Below are positions 28,180 through 37,517 of a stretch of 64,000 nucleotides of DNA, in pieces; within the stretch, counting starts at the first letter, position 1; the number at the start of each line of letters is the position of its first letter. A program made the translations under genes and the position numbers. Source of the stretch: an uncultured Bacilli bacterium (lineage in GTDB: Bacteria; Bacillota_I; Bacilli_A; RF39; UBA660); NCBI GenBank assembly GCA_947629655.1, contig CANREL010000002.1, positions 79,152 to 143,151 on the forward strand, read 5' to 3'. Under the pieces are notes generated by a model. That model made no database searches and was not told the DNA's origin. It saw only the letters and a list, made by a program, of their open reading frames with translations.

Positions 28180-28248
28180 CTCTCCTCATAATAATTTTAC
28201 TAAACTTTTTAAATCTTATCAATAAATTAAAGCAAATATTTACGCTTT

Positions 28249-29040
28249 TTAACTACCAATTACTTGCTTTAAATCATTAACGATTACAGAAAAACTTTCA
28301 TCATCAGTGAGAACCATGTCAAAAACATCTCTAAAACTCTCTAACTGATTGACATTATCGTGGGGAAGAAAAGCAATTTTTATGACATTGTCTACATAAT
28401 AACCACTGACCATCATGACATCTGATAACTGATCACCTATTAAAACAACATATTTTTTATCATTCTTTTTAATCGCATAAGAACTTTTATTCAAACTGTG
28501 TAAAATGTCGCCTTTTAAACCGATGATTACACCATGACGATCAAAGTTTAGATAGTTACTTCGAATTTTTAAATTGTCATATAGACAATTATTGTTTTCT
28601 AAAAAAGTGATGATGAAGTCCCCTACACCAGCCGATAAAATATTAACTTCTATTTTTTCCTTGTCCAAATATTCAAAAAACTCTTTAGCTCCTGGACGAA
28701 AAGACATCACATCAGGAATCGAAAATATTTGATCAATATGTCTTTGATTAAAACGATATTTCTTCAATAAATCGACATGTTTTTGATGCCAATCAGCCAT
28801 AGCTACCATTTTCACTGAATCATCAAGTGTATCATTTAGTTCAATGGGACGATAATAATTATATAGAGAATTTCTTTCAAAATCATATTGATCAGGTAAT
28901 ATCCCCGCATTGCTCAAAACGCCCCAAGTAGTATGACTAGTACTAGTTGTTATAGTGCGATCAAAATCTGACACGACCATGAAATTATCTATCGTCAAAT
29001 TTTTAATTTTATCATAGTAATTATCTTTTCTATAAATCAT
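28249..29040 (-). CDS. HAD-superfamily hydrolase, pyrimidine 5'-nucleotidase (UMPH-1)-like
   Basis: Motif I DFDRTIT, a late IGDQLSD motif and a UMPH-1-like length. Confidence 0.55.
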   Translation of the reverse strand: MIYRKDNYYDKIKNLTIDNFMVVSDFDRTITTSTSHTTWGVLSNAGILPDQYDFERNSLYNYYRPIELNDTLDDSVKMVAMADWHQKHVDLLKKYRFNQRHIDQIFSIPDVMSFRPGAKEFFEYLDKEKIEVNILSAGVGDFIITFLENNNCLYDNLKIRSNYLNFDRHGVIIGLKGDILHSLNKSSYAIKKNDKKYVVLIGDQLSDVMMVSGYYVDNVIKIAFLPHDNVNQLESFRDVFDMVLTDDESFSVIVNDLKQVIGS

Positions 29041-29041
29041 T

Positions 29042-29479
29042 TCAAATACCTCTATTCTTCCATGTCAAATAATATGTTAAAGCACCCAAACTACCACCGA
29101 CAGTATCGATGATGATATCGCGTATTTCCCCACTGCGGCCAGGAATGAACAATTGATGAAATTCATCACTACATGCATATAGAAAAACGATTATTACTGT
29201 CATTATTAAAATTCCTTTTTTCTTTTCTTTTGATACAAATAATGCATTAAAAACAACAATTCCTAACACCCCATAAATTACGAAATGGGCAAGTTTTCTA
29301 ACAAAGGAATGAAAATCATCAAACGCCAATAATTTATCTAAGTTTAAAATATCAAAAACGACATGAGTTATCGACCCACTGACATCACTAGATTCTACAC
29401 TCGGTTGATTAGAAAATGAAAAAATTAAAAACATTACTGACAAAACCATAATCCAACTCATAATTTTTATTCTTTTCAT
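29042..29479 (-). CDS. VanZ-family membrane protein
   Basis: VRKLAHFVIYGVLG and CSDEFHQLFIPGRSGEIRDIIIDTVG match the VanZ signatures. The likely start is MKRIKIM, with a GGAAGTGA RBS. Confidence 0.65.
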   Translation of the reverse strand: MKRIKIMSWIMVLSVMFLIFSFSNQPSVESSDVSGSITHVVFDILNLDKLLAFDDFHSFVRKLAHFVIYGVLGIVVFNALFVSKEKKKGILIMTVIIVFLYACSDEFHQLFIPGRSGEIRDIIIDTVGGSLGALTYYLTWKNRGI

Positions 29480-29535
29480 CCAATTCACTTCCATTATAAA
29501 TTATTAAAAAAAGTAGACGAATGTCTACAATTTTA

Positions 29536-30006
29536 TTATTTAGTTTTCTTAGTTCCAGATTTTTTAGTAGTTGTTTTCTTCGTTGTCTTTTTCTTACTAG
29601 TATTCTTTTTAGCCCCTGTTTTCTTACCACCACTCTTTTTAGTAGTAGTTGTTTTCTTAGCAGGTTTCTTTTCTTCTTTGATGACAGGTTCTTCTTTTAC
29701 CTCTTCAACAATTTCTTTTTCTTCTACTTCGACTACTTCTTCTTCTTTTTCTTTAACCTTTTCTTTTTCTTTCTCTTTTTCTTTTATTTCTTCAATAGTC
29801 TTTTCTTCTTTAGTTTTAGTATCTTTATCTCCATCTTTACTATCACTTCTATAAGTAAGCACAAGCCCAATAAATTCTAATATTAGTCCAACTACCATAC
29901 AAGCATCAATTATGATGGCATTAATATCAACAAAATATCCAAATAGATAAGCAATTACAAAAACTAAAACACCTACAAAAAATATAATATTACCTTTATC
30001 TTTCAT
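29536..30006 (-). CDS. Small membrane protein with a highly charged disordered tail (EKEKEKEK... then KKTTTTKKSGGKKTGAKK... repeats)
   Basis: Two N-terminal TM helices, with low-complexity K/E and K/T repeats encoded at 29536-29800. AGAGGAGTG RBS. Confidence 0.5.
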   Translation of the reverse strand: MKDKGNIIFFVGVLVFVIAYLFGYFVDINAIIIDACMVVGLILEFIGLVLTYRSDSKDGDKDTKTKEEKTIEEIKEKEKEKEKVKEKEEEVVEVEEKEIVEEVKEEPVIKEEKKPAKKTTTTKKSGGKKTGAKKNTSKKKTTKKTTTKKSGTKKTK

Positions 30007-30068
30007 ATTAACACTCCTCTATATAAGAATAACATAATTTTATTTTAAAAAAAAGAATAATTATTAAA

Positions 30069-31001
30069 TTATTCTAATTTATCATCAATATTCGCTTCAG
30101 TTAAAGCTTTCTTAGCCATCAAATAAGCATCATCCAATTCTTCACAGACTGCTAAAAAGAGTGAAGAATGACAAAAAGTAGCACTTTTTACTCCTGATAC
30201 TTCTTGTAATTCATGATTGCTCAATCCACCCCATTCCTTTGGAAAATCACAACGCGTCACATGGGTGTTCTTATCTTTAGGAATTGTATGGATGTTATAA
30301 CCACTGCGATTAGATGGCGTTATTGTAAATAATATATCTTTAGCTTTAGGATTATTAGAAGTTATGACAAAGTCTTTAAATGGCATGTGCTGTTCTAAAA
30401 ACATTATGTGATTTTCACTTTTGTCAATCGCTTCTTCTACATATTCTTGCGCTTTAGCTTTTGAAAAGCACTTCTTTATGACTGAAGAAAAAATCATTAG
30501 AGCCACGTCAACGGCCTGTTTAAAATATATGTCATTATCGGTATCTTCATCCCAAGTACTATTGAAATCGCCAATTATTGAATCGATGCTCTTATAACTA
30601 TAATTAGCATTTATCTCTGGAAATTCCCCATTGTCAATCGCATCAATTCCTTCAACTAATTCGTGTTCAACCATTGAAAAGACAGTATCAGCAAACTTTT
30701 CATCAACCAATTTTAAATACTTCATACCGAATTCTTTCCAAACCAAACCGAATGAAGCATATTTAACTCCACTGTCATGGCGAAGATCGAAATCTTTCAT
30801 GTGATGGTCATACTTGCCATAACCTATGTCATAGATCAAAACTGATGCTGATAAATCGCTAGGAACATCATTGACGCGACAAACGACGGGATTATCAACT
30901 AAAGTAGTTAAAAATGCTGTTGCGAAGACTTCATCCGCATGAAATTTACCACTGTGCGTAACTAAATTAGCTTCATATATATTTTTAGTTATCTTAAACA
31001 T
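30069..31001 (-). CDS. MYG1/UPF0160-family metal-dependent hydrolase
   Basis: Signature THSGKFHADEV (cf. MYG1 THnGxFHxDE). Confidence 0.55.
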   Translation of the reverse strand: MFKITKNIYEANLVTHSGKFHADEVFATAFLTTLVDNPVVCRVNDVPSDLSASVLIYDIGYGKYDHHMKDFDLRHDSGVKYASFGLVWKEFGMKYLKLVDEKFADTVFSMVEHELVEGIDAIDNGEFPEINANYSYKSIDSIIGDFNSTWDEDTDNDIYFKQAVDVALMIFSSVIKKCFSKAKAQEYVEEAIDKSENHIMFLEQHMPFKDFVITSNNPKAKDILFTITPSNRSGYNIHTIPKDKNTHVTRCDFPKEWGGLSNHELQEVSGVKSATFCHSSLFLAVCEELDDAYLMAKKALTEANIDDKLE

Positions 31002-31045
31002 CTTCATCACCAAGACAATTATATCAAAAATCGTTTACAATTTCA

Positions 31046-32176
31046 TTAAACTTTTTTCTTTACTAATGGAGCATTTTTTCTTCGTCCATTAACTTTGCGA
31101 TATAAACTGGCATTGCGATATTCTATATCATCAGTTATGTCCTTAGATACCGTTACAAAATCAGGTATTTTGACATCTTTACATTCATTCGTCAATTCTG
31201 TTTCTAAAACGACTAAATTAGCTGGTTCATCAAAGACGTCCAAGCGAAAATATTGACGATTATGCGTAAAACAGTAACGACACTTTCTAATCGGTTTATC
31301 ATCACTATTCATGAGTAGTTCTTCATATTCACGACCAGAGATAATCTTTGAAGTAGTAATTCTCTCATGAGGAACAGAAGTATCACGTTTTACAGTGCGA
31401 CTATAACTGCTATTTCCATCTTTAGTCGTCTTTCTAACCATGACGTCTTGACTGTCACTAGCTTCGATAAAGAACTGTTCCAATTCCAATTTCACTAAGT
31501 GCTTGTCTTTTAATTTGTCAAAGTCAATTTTATCAACTAAGAATTTGGACTGTTTTTGAATTGGATATGGATCACCTAATTCCTCATAAATCGTTTTTAT
31601 GACGTTGTGAATTTTATCATCAAAACTAACTTCATTACCCAAAATACATATCTTTTTATGACCGACCCAACTATCGAGAGTCTGGCGATCTTTTTCGATG
31701 GCTTCTTCCGCTGTCTCAGTACGCGCTTTATTATTGGTAGTCGTGTAATACTCCCTTGCTCCATCAGCTGCTGTCACTAAGTGCAACACGATGTCATACG
31801 AAGAGAGAATATCCATCTCATTTAATTTTTTCTCTTGTAATAACATCTTAAACTTTTCATCATTTATGTAAGCACGATTATCCATGATTCCACGATCGCA
31901 CAAAATAATTGTATCCTGCTCACAACCATTAGCAACTTTTTCATATAACTTTTCTTTAGCCAATTGTAATTCCAAAACATAGCGTTGAAAATCAATCATA
32001 TCACACGGATTATTTCCAAATGGTTTAATTCCACCATTAATCAATTCTGTTGCCGTCTCAGCAACTACAAAAACTTTATATCCTTTCTCTGTAAATTCAT
32101 CAACGATGCGCTGCATAGCGGTCGTCTTTCCAGCACATGGTCCTCCAGTAATAGCAATCTTTTTATGTCTATACAT
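31046..32176 (-). CDS. P-loop NTPase (AAA_28 / NadR-like ribosylnicotinamide-kinase-type domain) fused to a C-terminal CYTH-like triphosphate-tunnel domain
   Basis: Walker A ITGGPCAGKTT. The C-terminal beta-strand pattern ELEQFFIE...VMVRKTTKDG...YSRTVKRD...FRLDVFDEPANLVVLETELTNE is typical of CYTH. Confidence 0.5.
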   Translation of the reverse strand: MYRHKKIAITGGPCAGKTTAMQRIVDEFTEKGYKVFVVAETATELINGGIKPFGNNPCDMIDFQRYVLELQLAKEKLYEKVANGCEQDTIILCDRGIMDNRAYINDEKFKMLLQEKKLNEMDILSSYDIVLHLVTAADGAREYYTTTNNKARTETAEEAIEKDRQTLDSWVGHKKICILGNEVSFDDKIHNVIKTIYEELGDPYPIQKQSKFLVDKIDFDKLKDKHLVKLELEQFFIEASDSQDVMVRKTTKDGNSSYSRTVKRDTSVPHERITTSKIISGREYEELLMNSDDKPIRKCRYCFTHNRQYFRLDVFDEPANLVVLETELTNECKDVKIPDFVTVSKDITDDIEYRNASLYRKVNGRRKNAPLVKKKV

Positions 32177-32184
32177 AAATCCTC

Positions 32185-32751
32185 CTAAAAAATTCTTTTA
32201 ATTTTTTTCTTATCGATATCCATTTCATGGATAGAAGCATGTCCCACTCCAAATTGCGTCTTATTCATCGATAGAGGAATGTCATTAAACATGAAATAAA
32301 GCATGTTTATAATTCCACGATGAGTCACAATTAATGATTTATCTTTATCCTTAAAAAATCCACTATCAACCAAATTTCTAACTCGCTCATACATGTCTTT
32401 CATACTTTCACCACCAGGATATTTTTGATTTATATCAGTCATGTTTAATGTTTTTTCTTCTTCTAAAGTCAAAGTATCCTTTTTTCTTCCAGTCAATATT
32501 CCCTTATCGAGTTCCCGTAACAGGGAAGTCTTAGAAAGAGGAATATCATCATCAAGAATCGTTTTGACGATCAAAGCACTAGAGACACTCCTCTTTACAT
32601 CACTAGTTATAATTCTATCAACTTTTAAATTATCTCTTATGAAAAAGGCACTTTTTATCACTTGAGCTATACCTTCATCGACTAAATCGACATCACTATG
32701 CCCTCCAACATATTCTTCATCATCTAAACCATGGCGCAAAAAATATATCAT
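32185..32751 (-). CDS. Histidine phosphatase (phosphoglycerate-mutase superfamily, branch 1)
   Basis: N-terminal MIYFLRHG catalytic RHG motif. 188 aa. AGGAGG RBS. Confidence 0.7.
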   Translation of the reverse strand: MIYFLRHGLDDEEYVGGHSDVDLVDEGIAQVIKSAFFIRDNLKVDRIITSDVKRSVSSALIVKTILDDDIPLSKTSLLRELDKGILTGRKKDTLTLEEEKTLNMTDINQKYPGGESMKDMYERVRNLVDSGFFKDKDKSLIVTHRGIINMLYFMFNDIPLSMNKTQFGVGHASIHEMDIDKKKIKRIF

Positions 32752-32760
32752 TCTAACCTC

Positions 32761-33456
32761 CTATATTGTTCTCTCTTTAAAGATTGAATAAATTCTCTCA
32801 TGTTCAGAAAGCATTTTCTTAAGTCTAGATATTCCGCTCATCTCATCACCATAATCATCAGGAATGAACATTGATAACTCGGCTTTCTTTGCCGTATTGA
32901 ACAAATCCTTATCACCTGGATCTAAACTATTATTATATTTTGTAACTTTTTCAATCTTTTTAACTAAATCTTCCATATTGCTATAAGGAATGCAATCAAT
33001 CTGTTTCAAAGAGAAAGAATTCATTATTTCATCAATGTATTGATCATAAGGATAATCTTCTAAAAGTCTTTTTTTCTTTCTACTCTCTTTCATATTTTTT
33101 ATGTAAAGAGGAAGACGATATTCATTTAATTTTTCAATATTAGAAATATCCCCATCACGCAACAACAATGCTTCATTTAAAATATCTGGATACTTTATTC
33201 CCTTATAGAACATCTTTACATAGTTACCAACGTGCAACAACTCTTTTTCTTCGATAAAAGCATAATAACCATCAATTTTAACTTCTTCATTATTAGTATA
33301 ATAATCTAATTCATTAATATTAAAATTATAAATACCATTGATGTGTTGCCCACCATTTTTCAATATTTTTTCTTTTATTTTATAAAACTTTAAATTAGTT
33401 TTTACTTCATATACATATAATTTATTTTTCTTTAAAACACATAATTTTTTACCCAT
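32761..33456 (-). CDS. Hypothetical protein (231 aa)
   Basis: ORF with an AAAGGAG RBS and no recognised motif. Confidence 0.5.
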   Translation of the reverse strand: MGKKLCVLKKNKLYVYEVKTNLKFYKIKEKILKNGGQHINGIYNFNINELDYYTNNEEVKIDGYYAFIEEKELLHVGNYVKMFYKGIKYPDILNEALLLRDGDISNIEKLNEYRLPLYIKNMKESRKKKRLLEDYPYDQYIDEIMNSFSLKQIDCIPYSNMEDLVKKIEKVTKYNNSLDPGDKDLFNTAKKAELSMFIPDDYGDEMSGISRLKKMLSEHERIYSIFKERTI

Positions 33457-33514
33457 ACTACACTCTCCTTTGTGTATATTTTACACATTATTTTCTTTTT
33501 TAAAATGTATTTTT

Positions 33515-34189
33515 TTAAAATACATTTTTATTTTCACTATTCTTTTTGAATTTATATAATTTAGCTGGTTTATTACCTTCAAATTTAACCAATTTATTAG
33601 TATCTTTAATGAGCCCTAAACTCAACATTTTCTTTCTAAAATTACGACGATCCAACTCTTTATTTAGAATTGCTTCATATACTTTTTGAATTTCTGGTAG
33701 AGTGAATCCATCAGGATATAGACTCTTCAAGATATCCGAGGAGACGATTCGCGTCTTTAACAGTTCAACAGCGTCACTTAGAATTTCATTGTAATCATAA
33801 GCAAGTTCTGGAATATTATCAATTGAAAACCAAGCGGCATTTTGCGTTTTCAAAGTACTAGTAACTAAATTAGCCTTTTTGATATCCATTATTCCAATAT
33901 AAGATATCGCAATCATGCGCATGACTGGTGAACGATCAACCTTGCTATAATTTTTGGATGGAATTAATTGAATGTTCTCGATATTAGTCTTTTCTTTTAT
34001 TTCACGCATCATGCCCTCTTCCAACTCTTCATTGTTGTAAAGAGCACCACCAACTAATGCCCACTTGCCTTTAAAAGGTTCATTATTTCTTTGAATCAAT
34101 AATACTTTACAAACGCCTTTATCAATCGTAAAGATTGAACTTACGACGTGAATACCTTGATTTTTATATAACGGATTATTTACTTCCAC
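33515..34189 (-). CDS. NrtR-like regulator (degenerate Nudix ADP-ribose-binding domain plus a C-terminal winged helix)
   Basis: Nudix box GGALYNNEELEEGMMREIKEKTNI with EE changed to EK and G changed to N. C-terminal GFTLPEIQKVYEAILNKELDRRNFRKKMLSLGLI. GTG start with a GGGAAGTGA RBS. Confidence 0.55.
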   Translation of the reverse strand: MEVNNPLYKNQGIHVVSSIFTIDKGVCKVLLIQRNNEPFKGKWALVGGALYNNEELEEGMMREIKEKTNIENIQLIPSKNYSKVDRSPVMRMIAISYIGIMDIKKANLVTSTLKTQNAAWFSIDNIPELAYDYNEILSDAVELLKTRIVSSDILKSLYPDGFTLPEIQKVYEAILNKELDRRNFRKKMLSLGLIKDTNKLVKFEGNKPAKLYKFKKNSENKNVF

Positions 34190-34272
34190 TCTATCACTTC
34201 CCTTAGCTTACAAATATATTATATGTGTAATTATTACACTTGTCAATAACTAAAAAAAAGAAATAATAAAAA

Positions 34273-34845
34273 TTATTTCTTATCTGTCAAAACCTTAACA
34301 ACTACATCAGTAGTATGAACTGGTTCTTTAAAATCTTTAATTCTTCTACGCGTGATAGTTTCAATGATTGAACCAGTAACACCTACTCCACTAGGAACAT
34401 AATCGAAGTCTGTTCCCTTAGCCATTTCACGCATCTGTAAATCACTTTCACGATTTTTACTACCGACCAAGATGATCGTACTCATCGCATTCTGACCTAA
34501 AATTAGTTGCGCTACTTGGTCAATATCATTATGGTAATCATGAGCCATGATGACTATCGGTTCATAACATCCTCCGATCAATTGACTAAGTGATGTCTTA
34601 GAACGTCCACAACGCATGTCTTTTTCACTGACATCTAGTCTAAAACAGTCCAATAGATTTTTGGAAAAATCGAATTTAGAAGAACACATGATAAATGAAT
34701 CGACATCATTTCCATATTCCTTTAAAAATTCTACTATCTTTTTAACGTCTTTAGTTCTCAATGTTTCATCATTACTAAAAACAATAATATTTTGTCGTTT
34801 ATCTACTACTTTGAAATAGTTTTCTAATTCTTTATTCTTCGTCAT
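34273..34845 (-). CDS. Hypothetical protein. The start was chosen at MTKNK, which has an AGGGGG RBS.
   Basis: ORF with no recognisable motif. It is adjacent to the NrtR-like gene. Confidence 0.45.
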   Translation of the reverse strand: MTKNKELENYFKVVDKRQNIIVFSNDETLRTKDVKKIVEFLKEYGNDVDSFIMCSSKFDFSKNLLDCFRLDVSEKDMRCGRSKTSLSQLIGGCYEPIVIMAHDYHNDIDQVAQLILGQNAMSTIILVGSKNRESDLQMREMAKGTDFDYVPSGVGVTGSIIETITRRRIKDFKEPVHTTDVVVKVLTDKK

Positions 34846-34960
34846 GAATAACCCCCTATAAACATGAGCCATTATATCAAAAAAAATTTACAAAAGCAAT
34901 AAATCAATTCTTCAAATAATCAAAAGTGTTAATGAATGACACTTTTAAAAAAAAGACAAG

Positions 34961-35554
34961 TTATTTTCTTCCTTGTCTCATCAATTTACCGACTTCTTTT
35001 TCTAATTTTTTATTAGCTTCTTCCAAAGTCATATCACCAACTTTAAAAGGCTCACCATATATTATCTTCAAGTTTTTACTTCTGAATTTGTAATCACCAC
35101 TAATACCAAAAGGCACTAGTGTAGCATCAGTCTTTGCAGCCATTGATACTGCTCCAAATTTAAATGGCAACATGAACTTATCCGTCTTATTTCTAGTTCC
35201 CTCAGGGAAAAGTCCAATTGCTCCACCTTGACGTAAGACGTCTAGAGCTTCACTCTTTGCCACCTCATCCTTAATGGCACGATCAACTCTTATAACACCA
35301 GACATTTTAAAAAACCAACGTGTTTTCCAATCGTCAAAGTATTCTCTCTTTGCCATCCAGTGAATCATTCTCTTAGTAGCAATAATTGTCAAACACTGAT
35401 CCATTATATGTTTATGATTACCAACTATCAAGATATTTCCCTCTTTTGGTATTTTCTCTTTTCCTATGATCGTTGGATTATAATAAAACTTAAAAATTGG
35501 TTTTAAAATCGTACGTAAAAATACATAACCAAACTTACCATCATTCTTATTCAT
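34961..35554 (-). CDS. 1-acyl-sn-glycerol-3-phosphate acyltransferase (PlsC family)
   Basis: HX4D block VGNHKHIMDQ and the FPEGTRN block. Confidence 0.7.
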   Translation of the reverse strand: MNKNDGKFGYVFLRTILKPIFKFYYNPTIIGKEKIPKEGNILIVGNHKHIMDQCLTIIATKRMIHWMAKREYFDDWKTRWFFKMSGVIRVDRAIKDEVAKSEALDVLRQGGAIGLFPEGTRNKTDKFMLPFKFGAVSMAAKTDATLVPFGISGDYKFRSKNLKIIYGEPFKVGDMTLEEANKKLEKEVGKLMRQGRK

Positions 35555-35602
35555 TTACTTCATCACCTATCTTAATTATAACATAACAGCTAGTATTATG
35601 CA

Positions 35603-36184
35603 TTAATCTTTTCGATTATCAGTTATTAACTTCTTCACTTTGTTCATCAATTTTTCATTTTCTTTATCCAAATCATCATCATTAATATCATAGGCTTTAC
35701 CATATACTATTTTCATTCGTTTGCCAAATGGTTTATATTTACCAATGATAGCAAACGGAACAATTTTACTATTCGTATCATGAGCCATCTTCACTGCACC
35801 TATTTTAAAAGGAATAATTAATTCATCAGTTCTATTAAAAGTACCTTCTGGAAAGATACCGATGGCGTGATCTTTTTTCAATTCGTCAATGGCTGCAGCT
35901 AAAGCGTGATGATCTTTTTCTCTTCTGTTAACTGGAATTATTCCCATCAATCTAAAAATAAATCCAAATTTCGATTTCAACAATTCATCTTTAGCTAAAA
36001 AGTGTAACGTTCTTTTATTAGTTGCAATCAAAAAGATACAATCCATATTATTTGAATGTGTTCCAGCAATGACAACACCACCACTTTTAGGAATGTTTTC
36101 TTTTCCAATGACAACTGGTCTATAAACGATATAAAAGAACGCCATGACAAGTGGTCTAACCAATCTATAAAACCATACATCCAT
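35603..36184 (-). CDS. Second PlsC-family lysophospholipid acyltransferase (tandem paralog)
   Basis: AGTHSNNMDCI and FPEGTFNRT. The start at MDVWFY has a GGAGGAAGAGAAA RBS. Confidence 0.7.
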   Translation of the reverse strand: MDVWFYRLVRPLVMAFFYIVYRPVVIGKENIPKSGGVVIAGTHSNNMDCIFLIATNKRTLHFLAKDELLKSKFGFIFRLMGIIPVNRREKDHHALAAAIDELKKDHAIGIFPEGTFNRTDELIIPFKIGAVKMAHDTNSKIVPFAIIGKYKPFGKRMKIVYGKAYDINDDDLDKENEKLMNKVKKLITDNRKD

Positions 36185-36198
36185 TTTCTCTTCCTCCA

Positions 36199-36882
36199 TT
36201 AGACAAACATATCAAATATCGCTATGACAATTAATATGATAAATCCTATAAAAAAATAAATTGAATTTTTACTAATCTTTAACTTTTTATAATCCTTAGC
36301 TTTAACACTAGAGTCATAAACACCATATTTGTCCAGTTTAATAGCTGGAAATTTTTTCTTTTTTAAATCTTCATCCGTCAATATCGTAAAACTAGTTGTA
36401 TCATCCAAGTCTAGATAGAACATCTTCTTTGGCATCATAATGATATCAATTATCATTAAAATATCTCCCGTTGCTCCTGCAATATTAACTATAGATAAAA
36501 AGATTAATAAATCATTACTGATAATGATTCCTAGTACATAAGTAAGTATTCCTATAAAAAATAGTGGAAATACTAAAGCTACCAAAATGTTCAATTTCGA
36601 TATTTTCTGTTTACACATACAGTAAAAGATACCCTTTTCAAGTTCAGCTCCAAAGACAATGTTTTTAGCTTTTACTTTTCCAAGGCAAAAAAATCCTACC
36701 CCATGCAATATCTCATGTAAAAACATCCATAATATCAAAATGATAAAACTCATCAGATTTATATTTTCAATAAAACTCATCGTCCCCGTTATCAAATAAG
36801 TAATAAATACCATGCAACAGACCAAAACGACAGCTAAGACATTTAGAACGAGCAAATCCATCTTATATGTATAATACTTCAT
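36199..36882 (-). CDS. DUF3267-like membrane protein carrying an HExxH zincin motif inside a TM helix
   Basis: WMFLHEILHGVGFF. 227 aa and polytopic. Confidence 0.45.
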   Translation of the reverse strand: MKYYTYKMDLLVLNVLAVVLVCCMVFITYLITGTMSFIENINLMSFIILILWMFLHEILHGVGFFCLGKVKAKNIVFGAELEKGIFYCMCKQKISKLNILVALVFPLFFIGILTYVLGIIISNDLLIFLSIVNIAGATGDILMIIDIIMMPKKMFYLDLDDTTSFTILTDEDLKKKKFPAIKLDKYGVYDSSVKAKDYKKLKISKNSIYFFIGFIILIVIAIFDMFV

Positions 36883-36884
36883 AT

Positions 36885-37442
36885 TTAGCGATATACTTTG
36901 TAATTGACCTTTTTCTCATCTTTAATAAATGATTTAAAAGATGCTACATCCTCAATATTTTTCTTTATCAAAATAAAAGCTTGATTGTCACTTATGAATA
37001 TGTAGAAATTATTTTTTGTCTCACAAACTCTATATATGTCTTTATATTCAACACGACAATAGTTATGACTGGATTTGCTCTCTAAATAGTCATCATAAAA
37101 AGTAATTGTCTCTTCTAATACATTAATTCGACGATTTGACTTATACATTTTATTTATTTGAATATTGATCGTTAATGTAAAGACGATGACATAGGCAATG
37201 ATAAATATTATTATTAAGAAAACAATATCAAAATTTCCTCGAAAAAAATTGATAGTTATCGCTGCTAATGCCAATAAGACTATTATCAATTTAGGAATGA
37301 AACTATTCTTAAACTTATTCAAATAAAACTTTTGAAATTTTTTAAATTCTTTCTGATTGATGATTGTCTTAGTTTGATAAATATATTTATTTTCAACTTT
37401 TTCTTTTATCTTTTTTTTCTTATTTCCACTCTTAGTGCTCAT
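36885..37442 (-). CDS. Membrane protein of unknown function (two TM helices, YcxB-like)
   Basis: ORF with a basic N-terminus and a central hydrophobic hairpin. Confidence 0.5.
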   Translation of the reverse strand: MSTKSGNKKKKIKEKVENKYIYQTKTIINQKEFKKFQKFYLNKFKNSFIPKLIIVLLALAAITINFFRGNFDIVFLIIIFIIAYVIVFTLTINIQINKMYKSNRRINVLEETITFYDDYLESKSSHNYCRVEYKDIYRVCETKNNFYIFISDNQAFILIKKNIEDVASFKSFIKDEKKVNYKVYR

Positions 37443-37517
37443 ATAATCACCTAGAATTAATTATATCAAACCAACTAAATAAAGTAAATTGACATAAAAA
37501 AAGAAATATGAATTCCT

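Noticed and set aside
29521-29880. 119-aa Phe-rich plus-strand ORF (...FFFYFDYFFFFFFNLFFFF...)
   Set aside because: It is the antisense translation of the low-complexity K/E- and K/T-repeat region of the minus-strand gene 29536..30006. It has no RBS.
34861-34889. Apparent sigma-A promoter (TTGCTT, 17 nt spacer, TATAAT) upstream of gene 34273..34845
   Set aside because: The -10 lies only about 4 nt from the RBS of the best-supported start codon, and downstream of the alternative ATG. The geometry is inconsistent, so it was not reported as a feature.
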